Source: a virus. From it: a DNA stretch of 33,527 bases. Location: IMG/VR virus record IMGVR_UViG_3300016480_000130, one strand, 5' to 3'. Under the pieces are notes generated by a model. It was not told where the DNA came from, did not search any database, and saw nothing but the letters and a program-made list of their open reading frames with translations. Within the stretch, counting starts at the first letter, position 1; the number at the start of each line of letters is the position of its first letter. The position numbers and the translations under genes are program-made. Of the stretch, positions 1 to 5,515 are shown piece by piece.

Positions 1-22
1 AAAACGGAAGTTGGCTTTTTGC
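1..22. repeat. 22-nt terminal duplication (circular-closure overlap)
   Basis: aaaacggaagttggctttttgc occurs at 1-22 and again at 33506-33527. This is typical of a circular contig written with an overlap, or of a short terminal redundancy. Confidence 0.9.
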
Positions 23-167
23 ACCCAGCTTCGTGTATGCAAAAGATTACGTTTTGGAAAAAGACGGAAATCGTGAAGAAATAGATGGTTGGAAGTGGTA
101 TGACACGCCACCGCAGGAATATTTAATTTGGAAATTTAATAACGAGAAACATGAAGACGTATCTTAA
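1..167 (+). CDS. 3' part of a wrap-around 63-aa ORF whose ATG is at 33481 (hypothetical protein after the fibre genes)
   Basis: The frame opened at 33481 continues through position 1 (codons from position 3) to TAA 165-167, overlapping the ATG at 151. Joined product: MEGFYKLDENGSWLFAPSFVYAKDYVLEKDGNREEIDGWKWYDTPPQEYLIWKFNNEKHEDVS. Confidence 0.45.
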   Translation, partial: NGSWLFAPSFVYAKDYVLEKDGNREEIDGWKWYDTPPQEYLIWKFNNEKHEDVS

Positions 168-585
168 TTATATTTTTACAGGTTTGATTTTATTTTTTGC
201 ACCGATTTACGGCTTATTGATTGCCGTTGGTATAGCTATTGTTTTAGATACGTTCACAGGTATTTTTAAAAGTATTCGTTTAAATGGATGGCGTTCTATT
301 CGCTCACGTAGGTTGTCGCATATAGTTAGCAAAATGCTATTATATCAAACAACTATTTTGCTTTTATTCGTAATTGATAAGTTCGTATTAAACGAGTTCA
401 TACAGATAAATTTTACCATTAAATTTATGTTTACAAAATTAGTAGCTATTTTATTAATTTTTATCGAACTTGTAAGCATTAAAGAAAATATCGAAGAAGC
501 ATTAAAAGTTGATATTTGGAAAATTTTAAAAACTATTTTAAATAGAGCAAAAGAAGTAAAAGAAGATATTAATCAAATTAAATAA
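151..585 (+). CDS. holin (resembles phage holin family 4_1)
   Basis: 144 aa with several hydrophobic helices. LDTFTGIFKS and ELVSIKENIEE resemble the D..TG and E..SI.EN signatures of holin family 4_1. It sits immediately upstream of the endolysin, separated by 1 nt. Confidence 0.7.
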   Translation: MKTYLNYIFTGLILFFAPIYGLLIAVGIAIVLDTFTGIFKSIRLNGWRSIRSRRLSHIVSKMLLYQTTILLLFVIDKFVLNEFIQINFTIKFMFTKLVAILLIFIELVSIKENIEEALKVDIWKILKTILNRAKEVKEDINQIK

Positions 586-586
586 T

Positions 587-961
587 ATGGCTAAAATAAC
601 AAAAGATTTTAAACTTGAAGAGTTCAACTGCAAAGACGGTGGAGCAATTCCAAATAATGTAATTTTAAACATTATTGAATTAGCACGTAATTTACAAGTG
701 TTAAGAGATACTATAAATAAACCAATTACAATTACAAGCGGTTACAGGAGCCAGAAATATAATGAAAAAATAGGCGGTGCAAAAGATAGCCAACATATGA
801 AGGGAACAGCTGCGGATATTCAAGTAAAAGGAATGACACCTAAAGAAGTTGCAAAAGTAATAGAGGGGTTAATATTAAGCGGAAAAATGAAGCAGGGCGG
901 GTTAGGTATTTACCCAAATTGGGTACATTACGATCACAGAGGAACAAAAGCACGTTGGTAG
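587..961 (+). CDS. endolysin, peptidase M15A-type zinc D-Ala-D-Ala carboxypeptidase-like
   Basis: SGYRS..YN, H-x6-D (SQHMKGTAAD) and the C-terminal WVHYDH zinc ligand pattern are typical of M15 family phage endolysins. Adjacent to the holin. Confidence 0.85.
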   Translation: MAKITKDFKLEEFNCKDGGAIPNNVILNIIELARNLQVLRDTINKPITITSGYRSQKYNEKIGGAKDSQHMKGTAADIQVKGMTPKEVAKVIEGLILSGKMKQGGLGIYPNWVHYDHRGTKARW

Positions 962-1124
962 TATGATAGTACAAAAAAAAGCACACAATTATCATAGATA
1001 TAGATTTGAAAAAAAATCTACTTATGAAGTATTTGAATTTTTAATAACTTCAGACTGACACTTTGACAACACGAAAACAAATAGAGATAATATTGAAGTA
1101 GAATTTACATTAACAAAATAAAAT

Positions 1125-1649
1125 ATGAGTGATATAACAAAATGTTCAGGTTTTCTTTGCCCTTTAAAAGATAATTGTTATAGATATAAAGTAAAAGATG
1201 GTGTGCTACAAAGTTATTTTACAGAACAACCTTATAAAGATGGAAAATGTGAAATGTTTTTGGGTTTAAAGAAAATAACTTTATGCTTTTTTTTATTATT
1301 TTTAACATCTTGCGGAATAGTTAAAAAGAACAAAGAGCAAACTAGCATAGAAGATAAAAGCACTATTACGACTGATATAACTAGGTTTTCAGACACTTTT
1401 ATATTAGAGCCTATAGATTTATCAAAACCTATATTATTAGGAAAAGATACTATTTACAACACAAAAGTAGTGTATAATAAGACTAAAGAGATAGTAAAAG
1501 AAAAAGAAGCTAAAAATATAAACGTAGAGCAATCAAAAAAAGAAAAGCAAGTTGACTATTCAGAAACTATTAAAATAGTCGCAAATAGGCTCATACTTGC
1601 TTTTGTGGTCGTGGTACTTTTAGTTGTAGTAATTAAGAAATATTTATGA
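1125..1649 (+). CDS. spanin-like protein (lipoprotein signal plus C-terminal TM helix) with a Cys-rich N-terminal extension
   Basis: From internal Met44 (ATG 1254) the ORF reads MFLGLKKITLCFFLLFLTSC, with an L-T-S-C lipobox. The C-terminus is LILAFVVVVLLVVVIKKYL. The first 43 aa carry C7-x4-C12-x5-C18...C42. It lies just after holin-endolysin. Confidence 0.5.
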   Translation: MSDITKCSGFLCPLKDNCYRYKVKDGVLQSYFTEQPYKDGKCEMFLGLKKITLCFFLLFLTSCGIVKKNKEQTSIEDKSTITTDITRFSDTFILEPIDLSKPILLGKDTIYNTKVVYNKTKEIVKEKEAKNINVEQSKKEKQVDYSETIKIVANRLILAFVVVVLLVVVIKKYL

Positions 1650-1860
1650 TTTCTTGTTTTACTTCAGTCCAATATTCATAAAATTTAATACTTTGAACCA
1701 AATGTTCTTTTCTTGAATTTAAAATTTCATCAACTGCTATTAATGCGCTTTTTTTAGCTATTGAAGTACATAAAATTTCATTCCCGCAATCTGTATCTTC
1801 ATTCATTAATATCATTCTGAATGAATTTACTAAATCTTCAGCTTTTAATTTTGGTGTCAT
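1633..1860 (-). CDS. hypothetical protein (75 aa, acidic)
   Basis: Last ORF of a tightly packed leftward operon. Its start overlaps the upstream stop (ATGA). Confidence 0.5.
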   Translation of the reverse strand: MTPKLKAEDLVNSFRMILMNEDTDCGNEILCTSIAKKSALIAVDEILNSRKEHLVQSIKFYEYWTEVKQEIINIS

Positions 1861-2066
1861 AATCCTTTTTCTTTTTTAACGTTGTATAATCTGCTCTTTT
1901 TGTCATAAACTACATTTTCTTCAGGTATAATTTTAACTTCACTTATAAGTATCTTACAAGGTTCATTTAAGTACCAAATATAGTCAGGGTCTGTTTTTGA
2001 TATCATTCCTGCTTCGCAATACTCTGGTTTTATTCCAGATGGTTGAAAATAAACTGTTTTGTTCAT
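1857..2066 (-). CDS. hypothetical protein (69 aa)
   Basis: ORF in the leftward operon with ATGA overlaps at both ends. Its C-terminus KKEKGL is shared with the upstream ORF. Confidence 0.5.
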   Translation of the reverse strand: MNKTVYFQPSGIKPEYCEAGMISKTDPDYIWYLNEPCKILISEVKIIPEENVVYDKKSRLYNVKKEKGL

Positions 2067-2248
2067 AATCCTTTTTCTTTTTTAAAGATTTCTAATAGTT
2101 CTTTTGATGTTACTATATTTTCAGTAACATAGTTTAAACACCACTCTGCAAATTCAATAGCATATTCATCTGCTATTGTCATAAATGTTGCATAAGGGTC
2201 TTGTTCATCGTAATCCTTTATAATGTCTAATTTTTCTTTTAATGTCAT
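2063..2248 (-). CDS. hypothetical protein (61 aa, acidic)
   Basis: ORF in the leftward operon with ATGA-type overlaps. C-terminus KKEKGL. Confidence 0.5.
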   Translation of the reverse strand: MTLKEKLDIIKDYDEQDPYATFMTIADEYAIEFAEWCLNYVTENIVTSKELLEIFKKEKGL

Positions 2249-2454
2249 AATTCTATTTCTTTTAGTGTAGTAATATATTCAATCTCTCTTTTTAAATATT
2301 CCATAGCTTTTTTTAAATCTTCAAGCTCATTTTCTTTTTTTCCTGCTCTAGCAATATATTTTAATACATTGCCTCTATTGAAATTAAGATTATACATTTT
2401 GCAAAAATCTATAATATCTATATTTTTTTCGTTTTTATAATATTCAGGTTTCAT
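2245..2454 (-). CDS. DUF3310-like phage protein
   Basis: NVLKYIARAGKK....DLKKAMEYL resembles the conserved core of the DUF3310 family of small phage proteins. Confidence 0.55.
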   Translation of the reverse strand: MKPEYYKNEKNIDIIDFCKMYNLNFNRGNVLKYIARAGKKENELEDLKKAMEYLKREIEYITTLKEIEL

Positions 2455-2660
2455 TATTTTATAATTAAATGTATTTCACAATTATTTTCAATTCCTTTTA
2501 ACTCTTTAATGCCTAATTTTAAGGCATATTGATAAGCGTAAAATAAAGTCTTTTGGCTTTTAGTCTGTGCGTGTAACTTTTGAGGCGTTACATTCATCTT
2601 TTTAGCAAATTGATTATTGTTTAATCCTAAGCTATTAATTAAATTTTCTAGTGTATTCAT
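2454..2660 (-). CDS. helix-turn-helix DNA-binding protein (Cro/XRE-like)
   Basis: 68 aa. LNNNQFAKKMNVTPQKLHAQ has an HTH-like pattern. It is the first sizeable gene of the leftward small-gene operon. Confidence 0.55.
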   Translation of the reverse strand: MNTLENLINSLGLNNNQFAKKMNVTPQKLHAQTKSQKTLFYAYQYALKLGIKELKGIENNCEIHLIIK

Positions 2661-2743
2661 TTTTTAAAAGTTTCGTTATAGTATTGTTCGCCTAAAGTAA
2701 TTTTAATATTGTCGCTATATTGCATAACTTCAATTAATGACAT
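2657..2743 (-). CDS. possible 28-aa leader ORF (MSLIEVMQYSDNIKITLGEQYYNETFKK)
   Basis: ATG 2743-2741. The TGA stop overlaps the ATG of the HTH gene (ATGA). It is below the ORF-track size cut-off and there is no other support. Confidence 0.2.
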   Translation of the reverse strand: MSLIEVMQYSDNIKITLGEQYYNETFKK

Positions 2744-2768
2744 TTTATTGATTCTATCTTCATGTAAG

Positions 2769-2873
2769 TTTTGTTTTTAATAATCCGTGCCTGCGTATAA
2801 CACTGGTTTTGCAATAGCGGTTTTGAAACTTTGCACCGCATAAAAACCGCCATTGCAAAGCCGTTTAACGTTA
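2769..2873 (-). promoter_or_regulatory. GC-rich intergenic element A (box TAACGTTAAACGGCTTTGCA plus 16-bp hairpin)
   Basis: The box is at 2873-2854 on the minus strand, 21 nt after the methyltransferase stop. Stem 2809-2824 pairs with 2843-2858. The GGCACGGATTA block is at 2791-2781. Confidence 0.6.
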
Positions 2874-2894
2874 CCAGCAATGCCAGCGACCGTG

Positions 2895-3590
2895 CTAAAA
2901 CAACCGCAGTTGTGATTTAAAGTCATTAAAACGCTTTTCTTGTTTCTCATAATATTCTTGGTCTATTTCAAATCCTACAAAGTTAAACCCGCCTTTATAC
3001 GCTGCAATCCTACTGCTTCCACTCCCTAAATGAGTGTCTAAAATCAAATTGCCTTGCTCTAATTTTGCAAAGTTCAAACAGAAGTCATAAAGTTCAACAG
3101 GTTTTTGAGTTGGATGTATTTTTTCACATCCTATACTTGCCTTTGCTTTTGCTCTTGCCATTTCAAATACTCTCAATGATTTTTTAAATGAAGTCCAGCA
3201 AAGTTCGCCATCTGCTAAACTAAAATTCCTTTGTCCTTTATCCCAAAAAATCCAGCCTTGTGAGTTTGGTAATAAGTTTGCAAAATAATTTCCTCCCCAA
3301 ATAATTTGATTTTTAGATACTCGGAATAGTTCAGTAAAATATTCTTCATTTGGTATTGAACTATCCCAGTCCTTCCTGTCCCATTGCTTCCATCCGTTAT
3401 CAGCATTTCCAGCGTGGTTTTCTGCTCCTATTCCATAAGGCGGGTCAACTATTGCCAAATCAAAATGGTTATCGTTAAAGCGTTTTAATGCCGTTACACA
3501 ATCTTCCAAATAAACCTCCGGTGAAGGCACTGCTGGTAACACGTGTTTGGAGCAATGCGGGGATTTGTCTTTAATTTTAATATCTTGCAT
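2895..3590 (-). CDS. DNA methyltransferase, N6-adenine/N4-cytosine type (DPPY, beta-class motif order)
   Basis: The catalytic motif IVDPPYG is near the N-terminus and the SAM motif LDTHLGSGSS is near the C-terminus (IV before I). No adjacent endonuclease gene, so it is an orphan. Confidence 0.85.
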   Translation of the reverse strand: MQDIKIKDKSPHCSKHVLPAVPSPEVYLEDCVTALKRFNDNHFDLAIVDPPYGIGAENHAGNADNGWKQWDRKDWDSSIPNEEYFTELFRVSKNQIIWGGNYFANLLPNSQGWIFWDKGQRNFSLADGELCWTSFKKSLRVFEMARAKAKASIGCEKIHPTQKPVELYDFCLNFAKLEQGNLILDTHLGSGSSRIAAYKGGFNFVGFEIDQEYYEKQEKRFNDFKSQLRLF

Positions 3591-3662
3591 TTTTGTTACT
3601 ATTAGTTATTAATCGAAAAATGGTGCATTTTTGCCCGCACTGCACCAAGCACTCGGACGTTA
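3591..3662 (-). promoter_or_regulatory. intergenic element E (box TAACGTCCGAGTGCTTGGTG plus hairpin and T-tract)
   Basis: The box is at 3662-3643. The minus-strand stem GGTGCA (3646-3641) pairs with TGCACC (3627-3622) and is followed by ATTTTT. A TTAATAACTAATAG stretch precedes ATG 3590. Confidence 0.5.
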
Positions 3663-3665
3663 TGG

Positions 3666-3875
3666 TCAATGGCTACGTTTACGTTTTAATTGAACTTTTC
3701 TGTATATGTAGCTTATACTTTCGTAAACTACGCATCCCGAAGAAAGAAATGCAATCATTATTAAAGTCATATTAATTACTACTATTAAATTATCAATAAT
3801 TTGTCCAGTAATAACAATAATTATTAATAAACCACAAGCCGTAAACAACCAATTAGCAAATCTATCTATATTCAT
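3666..3875 (-). CDS. small membrane protein (two predicted TM helices)
   Basis: 69 aa. The hydrophobic stretches WLFTACGLLIIIVITGQII and VVINMTLIMIAFLSSGCVV are followed by a basic tail, KRKRSH. Confidence 0.5.
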   Translation of the reverse strand: MNIDRFANWLFTACGLLIIIVITGQIIDNLIVVINMTLIMIAFLSSGCVVYESISYIYRKVQLKRKRSH

Positions 3876-4033
3876 AATTTTTAGTTTTAAAACCCGCCAC
3901 TAACTATAACAAGTGTTTGACAAAAAAGCGGGTTCGGTTATTAATTTAATGTTTGTTTTCTATTTGCTACCATTTTGCTGGCGTCGGTAATATGGTTTTA
4001 TTTTCCGCTTCTTCGCCAAGCACATTAACGTTA
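3876..4033 (-). promoter_or_regulatory. intergenic element D (box TAACGTTAATGTGCTTGGCG plus hairpins)
   Basis: The box is at 4033-4014. Stem TGGCG/CGCCA, then stem AACCCGC/GCGGGTT (plus-strand coordinates 3891-3897 and 3928-3934), followed on the transcribed (minus) strand by TTTTAAAA before ATG 3875. Confidence 0.5.
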
Positions 4034-4041
4034 TACGCTAT

Positions 4042-4323
4042 TTATATTGGACGATGGAAATCAATGTTTATGAATATAAAATAAGCTATACGTATGCTTA
4101 TGTATTCAAGACCTTTTAGCTTTGAAACCCTCAAATAGAAAAATTCAACATTCTTATATTCTCCATATTGCTTTCTTACATCTTCTCTCCGTTTAATCTT
4201 ATATGGAATAATTGATAGATTTATGCTTTGTCTATCTTTTTCAAAATAAATTAAACGGCTTATAACAGCACCTACCCAAAAGCGGGGGTTCAGTGCTTTA
4301 ATAAAGTTGATTGCTCTGTTCAT
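4042..4323 (-). CDS. hypothetical protein (93 aa)
   Basis: ORF flanked by box/hairpin elements on both sides. Confidence 0.45.
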   Translation of the reverse strand: MNRAINFIKALNPRFWVGAVISRLIYFEKDRQSINLSIIPYKIKRREDVRKQYGEYKNVEFFYLRVSKLKGLEYISIRIAYFIFINIDFHRPI

Positions 4324-4388
4324 GTTTTTGTTGTAAAAATTAAAATTTCGTTTAAAAATCCCCGCCTTCGGGTAGCCGCAAAACGTTA
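4324..4388 (-). promoter_or_regulatory. intergenic element C (box TAACGTTTTGCGGCTACCCG plus short GC hairpin and T-tract)
   Basis: The box is at 4388-4369. The hairpin CCCG-AAGG-CGGG is followed by GATTTTT. Confidence 0.5.
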
Positions 4389-4398
4389 GCAGAAAGCA

Positions 4399-4680
4399 CT
4401 ACTGACCGTCTTCGATTGAAAGTTTAGCCAATATTGTATCTGCTGCTCTGATTGCCACGTCTGCAACAATATCACTTTGCATAAGATACTTTTCACCCTT
4501 GTACTCTTTCATCCATTCGGGGTTTGACAATAAACCTTGCATTGCTTTCGCTGTGAAATATTCACGTTTTGTCAATCCCATTTCAAAACCTGAAAAGTTT
4601 GACGTTTGACTTCCTCTTAAATTACCTTTTTCGTCTACTGAAACTTCGACTGGAAACGCTGGTTCATTTTTTGTTTTCAT
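4399..4680 (-). CDS. hypothetical phage protein (93 aa)
   Basis: The ORF has a LTKREYFTAKAMQGLLSN segment reminiscent of a widespread small phage protein of unknown function. It ends in TAG. Confidence 0.55.
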   Translation of the reverse strand: MKTKNEPAFPVEVSVDEKGNLRGSQTSNFSGFEMGLTKREYFTAKAMQGLLSNPEWMKEYKGEKYLMQSDIVADVAIRAADTILAKLSIEDGQ

Positions 4681-4803
4681 TTATCGTTATTATTAAAATT
4701 TTTACTAATTAACCCGTGCCATCTGCTAACAGCGGTTTTGTGCAAGCTGCCCGACCGCTCAATGCCAACGCTTCGCAGCCTGACACAAAGCCACAAAACG
4801 TTA
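4681..4803 (-). promoter_or_regulatory. GC-rich intergenic element B (box TAACGTTTTGTGGCTTTGTG plus composite hairpin)
   Basis: The box is at 4803-4784. Composite stem 4737-4750 pairs with 4775-4789. It shares the blocks AAAACCGCTGTTAGCA and GGCACGGGTTAAT with element A. Confidence 0.6.
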
Positions 4804-4811
4804 TGCTTAAT

Positions 4812-5000
4812 TTAAAGATATACTACATAGAAAATTTCTTTATAAACCTTTCTATATACAATAATTGGATTCCCTAAATTAACATATAACATAAGACAAC
4901 TTGAAAAAAATAAGTTACATAAAAACTCATTTCGTTTATAAAAACTACGCATAACAGCGTTTTTATTCAATTGTTGCTCTTGGTTTAATTTTTTTGTCAT
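4812..5000 (-). CDS. hypothetical protein (62 aa)
   Basis: ORF in the leftward cluster between elements F and B. Confidence 0.4.
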   Translation of the reverse strand: MTKKLNQEQQLNKNAVMRSFYKRNEFLCNLFFSSCLMLYVNLGNPIIVYRKVYKEIFYVVYL

Positions 5001-5077
5001 TGTGTACTTGTATTTTTTAGTAATTAATAAAAGTTAGTTTATGTCATTCCACACTGAAATAAACACGCAAACCGTTA
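5001..5077 (-). promoter_or_regulatory. intergenic element F (degenerate box TAACGGTTTGCGTGTTTATT)
   Basis: The box is at 5077-5058 and its TAA is the stop codon of the upstream gene. TTAATTACTAAAAAA precedes ATG 5000. No clear hairpin. Confidence 0.35.
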
Positions 5078-5302
5078 TGCAACAGTTAGCTCACGTTGTC
5101 CTAAAACGAAAACTAAATTTTGCAATTCGTGTAAATAATTGAAGTTCGTTAAGACTGTTTCTCCATCGCAAAAAAAGAATCCATCATAATCTTTTGCAGT
5201 TTGAACGCTATATCTGAAATTAGGTAACGTAGCTTCAAAAGTTTCATTTACTTCAACTATGAAAAACCCCATTTTTGTTAATACTTCTTTTGCGTTTATC
5301 AT
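5075..5302 (-). CDS. hypothetical protein (75 aa from Met30 of the tracked ORF)
   Basis: The tracked ORF 5075-5389 begins in a low-complexity K/I-rich translation of the AT-rich promoter region. The ATG at 5302 (MINAKEVL...) lies 16 nt downstream of a TATATTTG box. Confidence 0.5.
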   Translation of the reverse strand: MINAKEVLTKMGFFIVEVNETFEATLPNFRYSVQTAKDYDGFFFCDGETVLTNFNYLHELQNLVFVLGQRELTVA

Positions 5303-5317
5303 AATTTTTCTTTTTTG

Positions 5318-5325
5318 CAAATATA
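5318..5325 (-). promoter_or_regulatory. Bacteroidota-type -7 promoter box TATATTTG (leftward)
   Basis: The reverse complement of caaatata matches TAnnTTTG. It lies in the AT-rich divergent region at the head of the leftward cluster. Confidence 0.45.
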
Positions 5326-5515
5326 TAAAAATATTTTTTAAAATAAATTTTTTTTTTATTTTTTTTTTATCATTACTTTGCCTTATCAAAATAACAAATT
5401 ATGAAAACATTATTTTATTTAACACTCGCTACAATAGCAATGCACACAGAAAATAATATAGTTATGGTGACTATATTTATATTTTTAAGTTTAACAATTT
5501 ATAAAATGATTAAAT

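Noticed and set aside
963-1061. 32-aa ORF in the gap after the endolysin gene
   Set aside because: It is very short with no coupling signals, and the gap also contains a hairpin (TAGATTT...AAATCTA). There is not enough evidence for coding.
1633-1649. 17-nt convergent overlap of the 3' ends of the spanin-like ORF and ORF 1633-1860, with no terminator between them
   Set aside because: This is a real feature of the sequence, but such overlaps are common in compact phage genomes and no specific structure or motif is associated with it.
2781-2791. GGCACGG blocks in elements A and B as sigma-54 (-24 TGGCAC) promoters
   Set aside because: The required -12 TTGC element at the correct spacing is absent in both copies (ATTA/AATT instead).
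2867-2872. The AACGTT palindrome as a methyltransferase/restriction target enriched in the genome
   Set aside because: I counted roughly 18 occurrences by eye, many in coding DNA. That is not clearly above expectation for this composition. Only the longer box and its position after stop codons are distinctive.
3215-3406. 63-aa ORF nested in another frame of the methyltransferase gene
   Set aside because: It lies entirely inside a confidently assigned CDS on the same strand, with no independent signal. I treat it as a frame shadow.
3593-3775. 60-aa plus-strand ORF starting at TTG
   Set aside because: It is antisense to the 3666-3875 membrane-protein ORF and to intergenic element E. It has a non-ATG start and its orientation conflicts with the whole leftward cluster.
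4681-4811. The frame after the TAA stop of ORF 4812-5000 stays open across the whole of element B and ends in a TGA overlapping ATG 4680
   Set aside because: There is no start codon, the peptide is not conserved with the other elements, and a GC-rich spacer is expected to lack stops. I interpret it as non-coding.
5259-5456. 65-aa plus-strand ORF, and the N-terminal 29 codons of ORF 5075-5389
   Set aside because: Both are translations of homopolymer-rich AT promoter DNA (F/I/K low complexity). The leftward gene is better started at ATG 5302.
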